The notes under the pieces were generated by a model that saw only the letters and a list, made by a program, of their open reading frames with translations, did no database searches and had not been told where the DNA came from. The translations under genes and the position numbers were made by a program. Shown piece after piece: positions 25,903 through 38,668 of a stretch of 64,000 bases of DNA. Source of the DNA: Takakia lepidozioides (Eukaryota > Plantae > Bryophyta); NCBI GenBank assembly GCA_030704615.1, contig CM060731.1:4464001-4528000 (forward strand). Reading direction: 5' to 3'. Within the stretch, counting starts at the first letter, position 1; every line of letters starts with the position of its first letter.

Positions 25903-26415
25903 ACTGGAGATTGGCAAGTTGGAGGACGTCGGCTTTCGTCTGCACCGATCTGTGGCGTCGACTCTTGGTGGCCTTGCTGCTATGGTGTCTCCTCCAGACG
26001 ATACTTCGCATCCCACGAGAAGGAATGGCACAACAGTGCATCGGGTGGCTTCGGGGCCTGATCACGATGCGAAGGTGGAATCGGCCAGACTACTTCAGGC
26101 TCGAGTAACAGGAACTATGGAAGTACCTTCACCTGGGTATGGACGGGTTTATACTTTGGTCACATCTAGGTCTGTTTTTGCACAACAGGGCCTATCAAGT
26201 GACGGTGGGAAATTTTCCAAGGTGTACCTGTCCCGACTTCGTGTGCATGCATGAGGAAGCTCTAGGAAAGTGAGGGAAATGGGTTCCCTACAAGCATCTT
26301 TACTACATCTTTTTGCGCATAATGTATTGTGATCCCAAAAGAGACCAAATCATTCACCAGGCGACAACTAGGTCCTGGTGAGGTACAGACACTTTTGCAG
26401 CGAGACATTGGCAAT
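25900..26415 (+). pseudogene. SWIM zinc-finger fragment of a MULE-associated protein
   Basis: AYQVTVGNFPRCTCPDFV...GKWVP(Y)KHLYYIF..IIHQAT (CxC...C-K-H, with the third Cys decayed to Tyr), plus one stop and frameshifts. Confidence 0.75.
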
Positions 26416-28099
26416 ATGCATATGTTGCGATTTTTCGCAATGTCGGAAAAGGTTGCCTTGTTTGTAGAACATGTATACACAGTTCTTTAAATCTAGACAA
26501 GCAGACGATGTCTCGTCATGAAAGGTAGTTTATTTTTTCATCGGGTTTGGTTAACGAGCCTCTAAAACTGAGTGCGTCAACGCACACCACTTCTGCCCCC
26601 ACCCCCAATATTGCCCTGGGCCAAGGAAAAAAAAAAAAAAAAAAAAAAAAAACCCATTTTTTGTTCGAGGGCCTGCCAAACATGGACAAGTGTCAGTATG
26701 AAAGCTCATTTTATTTTTTCACGGCCTCTACAGAAGCATTGCGTAAATGAGCTTCACGATGACCATCTGTTTTTTTTTCCACTTCTTCTTGTAGCATCCA
26801 AACTTTTCTTGCCTCTTGTTCATGCAAGAATCCCTAAGTAAGATTCATGATGACTCACCCAACCTTTTTTTTTTCACCTCTTCTTCACTAAGAAAACCTC
26901 AGTAAGTTTCACAATGACCATTCCATTCTTTCTATACCTCTTTTTTTAAGTGCTATAACTGCTTCCACGACAATAGGACCCTCTCTAAACAGAGGACTCG
27001 GGTATGGGGCCTGCTTCTTCCTCCACTAAACCCCTGGGCTCACACTTAGAGGGCAAAGCGTGAGCCGAGCTCCTGGGCTCACGCGGCTAGGCTCACGCCG
27101 TAGCTGCACTCATCAAGATGAAAGACTTGCAAGCTGGAAAGCAGGTGCATGCTCACATTATCCAAAGTGGATTCAAGCCAAATGTTTTTCTACACAATAC
27201 CCTTGCCAACATGTATGTTAAGTGCAAGAGCATCGTTGATGCTCACCAACTGTTCAACAGAATGCCTCAACGATCTTTGATCACGTGGAATATAATGTTG
27301 GTAGGATTTACCAAGCATGGGTGTGGTACGAATGCTTTGGAGACCTATGAGCAAATGATGCTGGAAGGGGTGAAGCCCGACTGCATCACATTTGTTTGCG
27401 TTTGCAATGTGTGTACGAGCCTAGTAGCCCTGAAAAAGGGCAAAGAGGTCCATGGTGACATTGTCGAAGCTGGAATTGTACCAGATGTCATTCTGAACAC
27501 TCCCCTGGTGGACATGTATGCCAAATGTGGGAGCATTGAAGATGCAAAGGGGGGTGTTCGACACTATGGCTGAATGTGATGTGGTGTTGTGGAACGCGAT
27601 GATCGCAGGACATGCACAGCAGGGTTGCGGGACGGAGGCTTTGGAGACATATGAGCAAATGATGCAGGAAGGGACCGTTGATGCGACCCTGGCATACCTG
27701 AAAAGGGCAAAGAGGGCCATGTTGACATCATCAAAGCTGGAATTGTACCAGGTTGCATTCCGCACGATACCCTGGTGGACATGGATGCCAAAATGTGGCA
27801 GCATTGAAGCTGCAAAGGGAGAATTTGACAATATGGCTGAACGAGATGTTGTCTCCTAGAACACAATGATCGCAGGATATGGCCAGCATGGGTGCGAGAT
27901 GAAGCCACAAATGAGCAAATGCTGGGTGCAACCGGACCGGGTCACTTTCATTTGTCTTTGCAAGCGTGTGCGAGCCTGGCAGCCCTGGAAAAGGGCAAAG
28001 AGGTCCATGGTGACATCATCAAAGCTGGAATTGTACCAGATGTCACTCTGAACAGTACCCTGGTGGACATGTATGCCAAAGGGGAGAGCATCAAGGATG

Positions 28100-31000
28100 C
28101 AAATGTGGGCTCTTGGGCTCCTGTTAGTACCATGATGTGGTATTCTTTCTTATGTTTACAAGGTTCTTGGGAGAGTCAGCTTGGTCTTAGTAGGCCGTGT
28201 TTCAATCTCTGCCCACTCAGTTGCACATGGTGGTTCTCACAGACCAATCCAACATTACCTGACTACAGACACAAGCAACACACACACAAGAGGTCCTCTT
28301 GGTTCATGGTCAATCAAATCCTCCATAGGTCATGACACAAGGTCGAGGACAATGTCGTGAGGGCACCTTCTTCTTCGACCTATTTCAGCCTGAACATTTG
28401 CTCTCTCATCAGACTCAGCCCTAAATTTGTAGCATGGAGCAGAACTGGCATGAGTTTTATAAAGATCCTTCTCGATGGTGGGACAACCGAAATCGCAAGG
28501 TGTGGCTTTTTCTGAAGGTACAATGTGAAGATGTTTGTCCATCCTGCAAATGTGGGCTCTTGGCTCCTGTTAGTACCAGTGTTGGGCGGTTACCCGCCTG
28601 GGCCCCGGGTAACTGCCGGTTCCGGTTCCGGTTATGTGGAACCGGACCGGAACCGGAACCGCTCATTGGGGATTGTGTGGGAACCGGAACCGGCAGTTCC
28701 AGCTACGACCACATGTGTGGGAACCGGCGGTTCCAGCTCCGAAGCGGTTCCGGTTCCGGTTCCGGTCCACCCGTGGGCTGTAGCCCTAAATGTCTCTAGT
28801 ACCTACCAAAGCGCTTCTAAGTCCGGTTCTTGGTTCTTGACCCCTTGGTGGGGCTGGTGGGCCCAGGGAAAAACTTATTTAATGCTCTTAAGCTCCTGAG
28901 ATCCTGGGTTCAATGCTTGAAGGCCATGAGATTCTATGTTCAATGCTTCAGCGCCATGAGATCTTGGGTTCAATCTCCAGCTCCATGATATCCTGGCTAA
29001 GTTCATTAATAAAATGTTTGAAGATGCCAATACTTGCCAGGTAGCTGAATAGTACTTTCAACCCATAAAATTTTACCCATTTTCTTCTACCAGTTTATTT
29101 AGAGTATTTTTGTTTGTTTTTTTGTGTTAGTGAAAACTAACAAAATCGTTGGATTTTAGTTTAAATATGTGAATACACTGCTATTTAATCTACCGGACTG
29201 ATAAAATATTTTAAATCTAATTAAATTAAACAAATATATCTTTAAAATAGAACCGGAACCTAACCGGAACCGATGGTTTTTATCAGCAACTAACCGGTAA
29301 CCGGAACCGCCCCCATGTTTAAAAGTTGGATCCGGAACCGGACCGGAACCGGCTCAATAAAAAAAAACCGGAACCGGATCCGGAACCGTCTCTTGAAATA
29401 ATTTTGGAACCGGAACCGAAGGTTCCTTCACAAATGCAAGAACCGCCCAACACTGGTTAGTACCATGATGTGTTATTGTTTCTGATGTTTACAAGGTTCT
29501 TGGGAGAGTCAGCTTGGTCTTAGCAGGTCGTGTTTCAATCTCTGCCCGCTCAGGTGTACCGTGTTGGAACTCACAGACCACTCCGTCATTACCTGACTAC
29601 ATACCCAAGCAGCACACACAAGAGGTCATCTTGGGTTCATGGTCAGTCAAATCCTCCATGGGTCATGACACAAGGTCGAGGACTGAGTGGTGAGAGCACC
29701 TTCTTCTTTGACCTATTTCAGCCTATTTTGCCCTCTCATCAGACTCAGCCCTGAATTTGCATATTGAATTCTGTAAGTTAGCTCGTTGGGTGGATCTGTG
29801 GTGGTTTGGAGTGACTTTAACAAGTTACTGCCGATGTGGTAGCAGGAAAGTACGGCCCAAAAACAAATAACAGAGATGAAGAGAAGAGTGTCACTAGTTA
29901 GCATAGAACTAGTGTCACTAGTGGACTAGTTAGCATACGAACTAGTGTGATAGGTAGGGTTGGGGTGTTTGCTGGAGAAATTCAAGCATTTTCCCTCTTA
30001 TCAGTAGCGGCTCTAAATTTTCATGTTGAATTATGCAAGTTAGCTGGTTGAGTGAACCTTTGTAGTTTGGAGTGACTTTGACATGATACTGCCAATGTGA
30101 CAACAGGAAAGAATCTAGGATCAGGTAACGGAGACCACAAGAAGCTGTGGAATGAATATTTTTCTGACCCCAGTCAATAGTGGGACAATCACGGCTAAAA
30201 GGTGAATGCCTGTTGGATCGCAGAGAGTAGAAGATGCAATTGAGCATAGGAACTAGTGTGATAAGTTGAGTTGGGTGTTTCCTAGAACAATTCGAGGCTT
30301 TTCATTGTCAGCTGCTAGTAGCAAGGCAAGGGTGAATGCATGATTTGGGCAGAGACATGGATAGCTGAAGGAGCAGGGATAAAGTGTGGGTCTAGATTCA
30401 TCGAAGACAGGTGGACTTCAACAAGCTCCAAATTACCTATGATTCCCTGTGGATTAATAGCTACTAGCAACCTGCATAGGTAGATGGTCAACTGGAAGCT
30501 GCAGCAGCGGCGGTGGAATTGATAAAATCAGGCACTGCTAATGCAGGCACCTTCTTCAACATATTTCGTCCTAGTTTTCCTTCTTATCAGAATCAACCAT
30601 AAGTTTCCATGTTGAATTCTGCAAGTTAGCTGGTTGAGTGAACGTTTGATAGTTTGGAGTGACTTTGACATGATACTGCCAATGTGACAACAGGAAAGTA
30701 TCCAGAAATAGGTAACAAAGATGAAAAGAAGCTGTGGAATTAATACTTTTCTTACCTAGTCAATGGTGGGACCATCGAGGCAAGATGGTGATTGCCTGTT
30801 TGATTCTAGAGAGTAGCAGATGCAATTGAGCATAGGAACTAGTGTGATAGGCTGAGTTGGGTGTCTCTTAGAACAAATCTAGGCTGTCATTGTCAGCTGC
30901 TAGCAGCAAGGCAATGATGAATGCATGATTTGTGCAGATCAAGCATGGATAGCTGAGCAGAGATAGAGTGTGGGTTCAGATTCATCCAAGAGGGCCAGCA
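28100..31000 (+). pseudogene. Second, more decayed set of intron-split PDF motifs
   Basis: TNPTLPDYRHK (28243), MEQNWHEFYKDPSRWWDNRNRK|gt (28434-28499), its exon B at 29577, KKLWNEYFSDPSQ*WDNHG (30140), IHRRQVDF..DSLWINSY (30396), and another pair at 30720/30980. Confidence 0.75.
28577..29455. mobile_element. hAT-type MITE, 879 bp, in a PDF-motif intron
   Basis: Perfect 15-bp TIR cagtgttgggcggtt/aaccgcccaacactg, perfect 8-bp TSD gttagtac, and ggaacc/ggttcc subterminal repeats. Confidence 0.95.
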
Positions 31001-34000
31001 AGAGGGCAGCTCTTTGTGTGCTTGATTCTCACTCCCATTTGGTGTTTGTCGTGGTCTCCTTGGCAGGATTTCCCACCACAGCCCCTTTCTTCCAAGCAGC
31101 CAGTTGTTAACCTTGTTCTCCCATCTTTCACCCTCTTCGTCAGTGAAGTACTCCCTTTCTCCTTTTTCATGTTCCAGCCATTTAGGTGGTTTCTCCCTCA
31201 ATACTGCCTTCAATTGTTGCATTGCCATGTGTTTACTCTCTGTGGTTTTAATTTGCTCATGCCCAACAGTTGGAAGAATTCCATGTGTTGGGATGATTCC
31301 ACTCTGAGCTTCCATTCTTTTCAGTGATTCCCGCAGGCTGGCTTTTGCTGGAACAGGTCTGTCCTCTTCACTTAAGTTTTCCTCTCCTCATCATACTTCT
31401 CCAAATCTGGTCATAGGCATCCTCATTTCCTTCTGTCTCTAGCCCATCATGCTCATCCTCCTTGATTGTCCATTATGGTTCAGCTCTTGTTTGTGTGTCT
31501 CCATCAAAGGGACATCCTGGAATGCTGCATGCTGAGTGCAGGAGCCTCGTGGATGTAGCAGGAAGCAACAACAGCAGTTGCACACTTGATAAAATCGGGT
31601 ACCCTCATCTTCAATACATTTCAGCTTGTTCTGTCCTCTTTTCAGAGTAGTCCCTAATTGTCTAGCGAAGGGGAGGATGTATATGGATTATGGGTGTTGT
31701 GGTAGGGATAGCTAAAGGGGCACACAAAGTAGGGCTGGTTTTGTTTTCAGTGCACATGGTGCTACTTACAAAAGTATTCGATCAGAAATACAGGGTGATG
31801 AACTTGTGCCCTTAGACTATGTTTTGAGGGGCCAGATTTTGGGACAACAGTGCTATTTTGTAAACTCTTTTTTGGAGTTTCTCTTCTACCAAAGATCTCG
31901 ATTCATAGCACCACTACAGCAAATGGGGGGGGGTTTGCGAATCTGACTGGCAATTGTTTAAGAAAATCTCTTTTTACATCTGCTGTTGTTGTCTTCAGTG
32001 CCTCTGTTATGTCCTTTCCACTTTGTCACTTTGTTCTTTCTTGTGAATGATGTTGTGTTATGATTTTTCAAATAATATTGAAAACCAAATTCTCAAACAA
32101 CTGATTTGATGCCATGTGTCCAACCCAACAAACCACTTTACAGTAGGCATGACTACACAACATCGCATCATACATTGACACGTGGCATATCCTTGAAAAA
32201 ACACCTGGCAATGAGCTCCTACAGGCATAGTCATGGGAATGACTTTGAATACATTTAAAATTCAAAACAAACTAATCATATGATGCCACGTGTCCAAATG
32301 TCAGCATGTTGGTAGTCAGGATGCAAAGCCTCTTCATAATATGCCACGTGTCAATTTTTGGAGACGCCAGATGGCGCACATCCACAAAAACCTCCTGGAT
32401 TTATTAAAAAGAGACACATGTACAGTTTACAACAACACACTAAGTCATGTATGGTAGAAGTACATATGACTGCCAAATGACAGTCAGATGTATCACCTGG
32501 TTCATCTGACTGCAATCATACGTGACTGACCATCCTGTACTCATTGTATTCACTTGGTTTGCACGATTGGTAGTCAGCGAAGTCATATGTACCGTTTATG
32601 ACTACAGGACAATCAAATATACAGTCATATATACCGCGTTCTGTTGTATTGTTGTTACCTGAGCAGCTGGTGTTTGTCGATTATCCGGAGGGAGAACCTA
32701 TTCCACGGCCTGAGCTCCCGCTGGACACGCCCTCAGAGTTCTGGGCCAGGACCTTTGAGGAAACTGCACGCAAAGAAGCTTGCAAGCCCATACACACTAA
32801 AGCGAAGCAGAGAGAGCAGAGCCGGCGCATTCGCGAGTCTCTTCATGGAGCCTATGCCGCACGCCTTCTCCTCAAGCTTCATTCCAGGGAAGTCACTCTA
32901 CAGATTCCCCTTGCTAGTACCAAGGAGCAGTTGGAGAGTGGTGAGAAACTTAGTTGGGTTGTCTTGGGCATTCCACAATTCTCTGTGAGTCAAGAATTAG
33001 GTGTAGAGCTTGAGAGCTTCATGCTTCCTGACAAGCCGAACCCTCTACGATTGTAGGAACTGGTTAAAGGAGGTACATCAATTCTGCTTGCTAATTTAAG
33101 GCCTCGGGTTCCGCCAGCCCCTACCCGGATCCCTGGTATTCCCGACTCTGAGTTCCATTTTTGTCCCAGTGATGTGTTGATCTTTCCGGGGGGGTGTTTT
33201 CAGCGTGAAACAGTAGGTCTCTACAAGGCTGAAGCAGCCAAGGCATATCCTGCCCATACGCTATTGGTGAAGGAAATGGTGGTACGCAGCATCGTGCGCG
33301 TGACTTTTTGGCTCAAGGGTGAAGAGGAACTGTGGGCTTTCTTGGGGGAAGGAATGTACCTGTTGCACAAGCATCGCTTCATCACATCTCACTGTGTGTC
33401 TGGGTGGGATTCGAAGCTCAGTGCCCCTTCGGATAGGTAGCCGTGTATTCCTCTTATCATGCCTGTATTTACAAGATCTATGCTAGAGAGAGAAGCAGAA
33501 GAGACGATGGGACTAAGTGAGTTGGAAAAACGTGCAGCGGAGGAGAGGGAAGAGACAACAACTAATGAAAGAAATAATACGGAAAGGGGAGAGTCGTCTG
33601 GAGATCACAAGGATCCGGCGACTGTGCTTCAACCCACATTTGATTTGGACAAGTTGTGTGAAGCCATGGGGGTGATTTCAAATTGCCCCCCGCTTATGAA
33701 GATGTTGTTGAAACAAACTGAAGTTCCGGATACCACTCCACGGAAAACTGATCATGGGGAGTGAATGCATAAGCAACAATATCCTAAGTACAACTTAGGG
33801 GAGGATTTTGAGTCCTTCTTGGAATTTTTTGAAATCAACACTGAAATGAATGGAGTTCCCCCACGGTTCCAGGTAAAGTCTTTTCGGATCTGTCTCAAGG
33901 GAGAGGCCAAGCAACTATTTGAGTCCAATATTAAGGACAAAAATGATCTTACTTGGGTAGAAGCCAGAAAATTGGCTCGCAAGCTCTTTCGTGAAGAAAA

Positions 34001-36046
34001 GCCCATAGCTTATACCACACCAGACTTAAAATTTCATTATGGCGACAGTGTGTGGAAATACTACAGTGACTTGCGAACTGCAATCTGTAAGTCAGTTCTA
34101 ATTGCCTCAGAGAGACCTGCTATTTTGAAACATTGTTTTCTAAAGGGCTTGCCCCCTGCTGAGAAAGTGTTTCTACAAAAACAGACTTACACCACTGAAG
34201 ATGAGATGGTGGAATTGATTGAAGAAAGGTTACGTCTCAAAGCTGCCAAGGCAGGCCTGTCTAAAGTTACCAATGCAAAACACACTCATCTGGCAAGTGA
34301 TGGTAACTGTGTAGAGCATACTGATGGGGGGTTCCCATCCCACACAAAAAACATCTTTCCCATGAAAACTTTGGTAGAAGCCTTTTTCGACAGTTTGGCC
34401 TCGAACTCCCTGTTCACTTCCTGCAACATGCATCCCAACTTTGCTCTATGTCCTCTGTTACAAGGCACTCCTCTCCTTTCGTGTTGGTTGTGGAAAGATC
34501 TTATACAGTCTGACGATTCAAATTATTATTTTTCTTCTGCTTACCAATATATGAAGCAAGCTGTGTGTTTTGTTTTGTTTTGTAGCGTCGTTGAGATCTC
34601 CCAAGCCGCGGGGCCCCAACCCTGGTGCTTGGTGCTATTGGAAAGCCCTCGATGAGGAAGGGTGCACCGGCTTGGTCTCATGATTTTTGGACCTGCGGTG
34701 TGGGAGATACGGTTCTTCAAGTGCTTTTGGTCTCTGGAAATTCGGAAAAAATAGTAAAGTGGGCTTTCTTGGAACAATGATTGGCCCTTCATGTGGGAGA
34801 TTTGGAATTTCAAAGTGGGCTTTGTTGGAACAATGACATGGAGATCTCCCAAACTGTAGGGTCTGTGGATGCATAGGGGATTGCACTTGGACTTTGATGA
34901 CATTGGACATGCGGTGTGGGAGATGTCAAATTTCAAGTACTTTCGGTCGCTGGAAATTCGCGAAAAATAGCAAAGGAGGCTTTCTTGGGACAATGATTGG
35001 AGCCTCAATAGGAGATATATCAATATATAATGTTACTACTCGATAAAATCATGGAAAAAAATGAATTGGGCCTTGACATGGGAGACGTACGTGGATACAT
35101 AGGAGATTGTAGTTGGGCTTCGATGACACTGGACACTTGGGCCAACGGCACAGGCTACCCTAGTAGTTATGGAATGCTTTGTTGTTATAACACGTGTACT
35201 TGTCCTATGGTAGTGTCTATTTGGCCTTAGCTTAGTCATATGAAATATGTTTAACACAAATTTTTTGGGGATAGCCTCGGGACTCACAATGCTACCCACC
35301 TAGACCTGGTTATCATTTTTGGTCTCTTGTTAAAAATCTATGGATTTTTCCAAATTATGTTGGTTTTCTCTTTGATGTGTGAGATGACAAAGTCCAAGCC
35401 TGTCACATAAACAATGAGTTGAATGTAACGATGATGCAAGTGATTTGTGGCAGACAGTGTAAATCATGTCTATGCCTGTTTGTCCTAGTTATGTCATAGG
35501 TTATAGTAACATATTTCACTACTAGTTATATTATTTTTCATAGTTATAATTGTCAATGACGGCATGCCCTAAAGAAACCAAGTAGACAAACATTTGATAA
35601 TCAATATATGAAGCGAGACGTTTGTTTGTTTGTTTTGTTTTGTAGCGTTGAGATGTCCCCAACCGCAGTGTGGGAGATACGGAATTCCAAGTACTTTTGG
35701 TCGCTGGAAATTCACAAAAAATAGCAAAAATGGCAACGTGGGCATTCCTGGGACAATGGTTGGAGCGTCGACGGGAGAGATATCAAGGGAAAGGTCTCCG
35801 GTTCAAATCTGGTCGTCGGCTCTATGGAAAAAAAAATTGGATGACTTAGATGACATTGGACATTTGGGCACACACTTGGATACGTAGGAAAGAGCACTTG
35901 GTCTTAGATTTCAATTCTTCACACTTGGACCAACGGCACAAGCTACCCTAGAGGTCGCACTTGGGCCTCGATATAAGAGATGCACTTGGGGCGCTTAGAT
36001 GACATTGGACCCTTGGGCCAACGGCAGAGGCTACCTAGAGGTCGCA

Positions 36047-36849
36047 CCACGGGGTCACTATATGTATTTTTTCCATATCACGTGCGTACAAAGGTATATT
36101 TATACTAGGCTATATTTTTAAAATTTTGTATTTTTTTCCATCCTATCTTTAGGTAATATTATAAAACCCTTTGTTTCCTAATACCCTATTTTTCTTTATG
36201 TTTGTAACAATAATTAGACCCTATTTTAAATTGTCTTTTTAAATAATTACAAAATTTCAAAGCATATACACAAACAACATTCCATACATAAGTCAAATGT
36301 CGGACCTAAAGAAAAGTTTAATTTTCATTAGCCACGAACTCATTCAAAGCCGCAGCATCACTTGGATATAAAGAGTACAAGTTCTGAGATGGTTCAAATG
36401 TCATAGTCACTGTTGAGATTATGGTCTCAACATCAATCCACTCTGTATCACTGGAATCATATTTGAACTTCAGGTGACCGCTACCTTTAGAGAACCAAAT
36501 AAAAAACACCATAATCGAATGACCCCCAAATTTGGGGAGAGCAGGCTTATTCATCAAATAAGCCTGATGAATGAATGAAGTTTTGAGAAGATTTCATCTT
36601 GATGGATTAGAGTTGGATGAAATATGAGAAACTTCACAAGGATGGATACATAAAACCTTTTATTACATTAATTTTTTTAAAAGTAAAACTCTGGATTTTT
36701 TGTGACATTGTTTTAAGAAAAAACTGGGTGAAAAGTTATTGCCCTATCATATTTTCTAAGTAAAACTTTTCTAAAATTTACCTCAAAAAATAAACTACAC
36801 CCTATATTTGTTCTCACGTGGTTTTGAAAATACGGGGAGTGACCCCCCC
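36047..36849. mobile_element. Small MULE-like element inserted in the satellite
   Basis: Imperfect TIR ggggtcact....gtatttt...cacgtg. Flanking duplication ggtcgcac (8 bp exact, ~11 bp with mismatches). Minus-strand peptide LKFKYDSSDTEWIDVETII looks like a TE protein C-terminus. Confidence 0.6.
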
Positions 36850-38478
36850 AAGGGTCGCACTTGGGCCTCGACATAGGAGACGCACTTCCATACATAGGAG
36901 ATTGCACTTGGCCTTAGATGACACTTGACATTTGGGCCAATGGCACAGGCTACCCTAGTCAATATATTTTATTTTGTGTTGTCACGTTGAGATGTCCCGA
37001 ACCGCAACGCCCTAGCCCTAGTGCTTGGTACCATTGGAAAGCCCTCGACGAGGAGGGGTACACAGACTTGGTCTCAGGATTTTTGGACATGCGGTGTGGG
37101 AGATGTGGAATTCCAAGTACTTTGGGTCGCTAGAAATTTGGAAAAAATAGAAAAGTGGGCTTTCCTAGCACAATGATTGGAGCCTCGACATGAGAGATAT
37201 CAAGGAAAAGGTCTCTGGTTCAAATCAGGTCGTAGATTACGTGGGAAAAAAATGATTAGATGTGGATGACTTAGATGACATTGGACACTTGGGCCAACTA
37301 CACAGACTACCCTAGTCAATATATGAAGCGAGACGTTTGTTTTGTTTGTTATGTTTTGTCACGTTGAGATGTCCCAAACCACGGGCCCGGCCCCGGTGCT
37401 TGGTACCCTTGGAAAGCTCGACGAGGAGGGGTGCACGGGCTTGTTTCTCATCATTTTTGAACCTGCAGTGTGGGAGATATGGAATTCCAAGTACTTTTGG
37501 TGGCTGGAAATTCATGAAAAATAGCAAAATGGGCTTTCCTAGGACAATGATTGGAGCCTCGGGAGGAGAGATATCAAGGGAAAGGTCTCCGGTTCAAATC
37601 CGGTCGTAGGCTCTCTAGGAAAAAAAATGATTAGATATGGCTACAACGAATTTCAAGTACTTTTGGCTGTTGGAAATTCGTGAAAAATGGCAAAGTGGGC
37701 TTTCTTGCAACAATGATTGGCCCTTCATTTCTCTTTCGTGCACGTGTTTATGAACATGAATTGGGTAATTTAAAAAAAAAAATTAAATGGGCTTTCTTGG
37801 GACAATGATTGGAGCCTTGAATTTCAAGTATGTTTGGTCGGTGGAAATTCATGAAAAATAGCATAGTGGGCTTTTCTGGAACAATGATTGGAACCCCTCC
37901 TCGTCTAGGGCTTTCCAACGGTACCAAGCACCGGGGCCGGGCCCCGCGGTTTGGGACATCTCAACGTGACAAAACAAAACAAACAAAACAAAACAAACGT
38001 CTCGCTTCATATATTGATTACTACTCAATAAATTCATGGAAAAAAATAAATTGGGCCTTAACATGGGAGACGTACTTGGATACATAGGAGATTGCACTTA
38101 GATGGGCCTCGACATGGGAGACGCACATGGGAGACGCACTTGGATACATAGGAGATTGCACTTGGGCTTAGATGAGAGTGGACACTTGGGCCTCTACATG
38201 GGAGATGCACTTGGATACATAGAAATTGCACTTGGCCTTAGATGGGCCTCGACATAGGTTACGAACATGGAAAACGCCCTTAGATACATAGAAAATTGCA
38301 CTTGGTCTTATTACATAACAATTCTTCACACACACATGCGCCAACGGCATAGGCTATACTAGAGGTCGTCGCACTTAGGCCCGGACATAGGAGACACATT
38401 GGGTCTTAGATTTCAATTCTTCACACATGGGCCAATGGCACATGCCACCCTAGAGGTCACACTTGGGCCAACGGCATA

Positions 38479-38668
38479 ATTATATTTATAATATTTGACG
38501 CCTCCCGAAGGAAGCGTAAATTATGGTGTCTTTTCACCCGGAAGGGTTACTGCCCTCCGCTAAGAAGGTGGACACCTTTGTGATACCACTCAGTGGATTG
38601 AACCCACAACCACTTTTGAGGTGGTATGTGCCCATTACCACTCGGCTACAACTTGGTTCAGGTTGTCC
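38479..38668 (-). mobile_element. tRNA-derived SINE with structured 3' tail
   Basis: Minus strand: A-box tagccgagtgg, B-box gggttcaatcc, structured 3' domain, acgcttcc-TTCG-ggaggcgt hairpin and an AT-rich tail. Degenerate ~12-bp TSD aac..ca.aatt. Confidence 0.8.

Larger units (their letters stand above)
23681..27111. mobile_element. Mutator-like (MULE) deletion derivative, 3.4 kb
   Basis: 9-bp TSD atcaagatg (23672-80 / 27112-20). Imperfect ~40-bp TIR (gtgagcctagcc(a/g)cgtgagcccaggagc) with G...C termini. Excision restores the PPR frame. Internal SWIM finger. Confidence 0.9.
23450..28100 (+). pseudogene. PLS-class PPR array continuing in frame from the last PDF exon; interrupted by the MULE, frameshifted, truncated before any E/DYW domain
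   Basis: LCEAGRLEEAL..TYVSLLHTCIKM|KDLQAGKQVHAHIIQSGFKPN (L), VFLHNTLANMYVKC..FNRMPQRS (S), LITWNIMLVGFTKHG..GVKPD (P), then further decaying L/S/P motifs. Confidence 0.9.
21031..32651. mobile_element. Non-autonomous CACTA (Pack-CACTA-like) element, 11.6 kb
   Basis: 30-bp TIR cactacaacagatcgtggtatatatgactg vs the reverse complement of 32622-32651, caatacaacagaacgcggtatatatgactg (27/30). 3-bp TSD TTG (21028-30 / 32652-54). tagtca/tgacta subterminal repeats at both ends. No transposase seen. Confidence 0.92.
20917..34310 (+). mobile_element. Truncated LTR-retrotransposon internal region: extra upstream ORF (20917-21030 + 32655-33440, split by the CACTA) followed by gag (33459-~34310)
   Basis: Removing the CACTA joins ..YICELARNL|LPEQLVFVDYP.. 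in frame. The gag-like segment reads PKYNLGEDFESFLEFFE...CLKGEAKQLF...TW.EARKL. All pieces are in one frame, interrupted by single TAG/TGA codons. Confidence 0.7.

Noticed and set aside
28434-28899. Gly/Pro/Thr-rich ORFs
   Set aside because: Translation of the ggaacc subterminal repeats of the hAT MITE.
30893-31315. 140-aa minus-strand ORF inside the CACTA as a transposase
   Set aside because: No TnpD/TnpA motifs recognised, and its 3' part is antisense PDF-intron sequence.
38575-38660. tRNA gene
   Set aside because: A and B boxes are present but there is no proper cloverleaf. It continues into a LINE-like tail with TSD and has dispersed copies, so it is a SINE.
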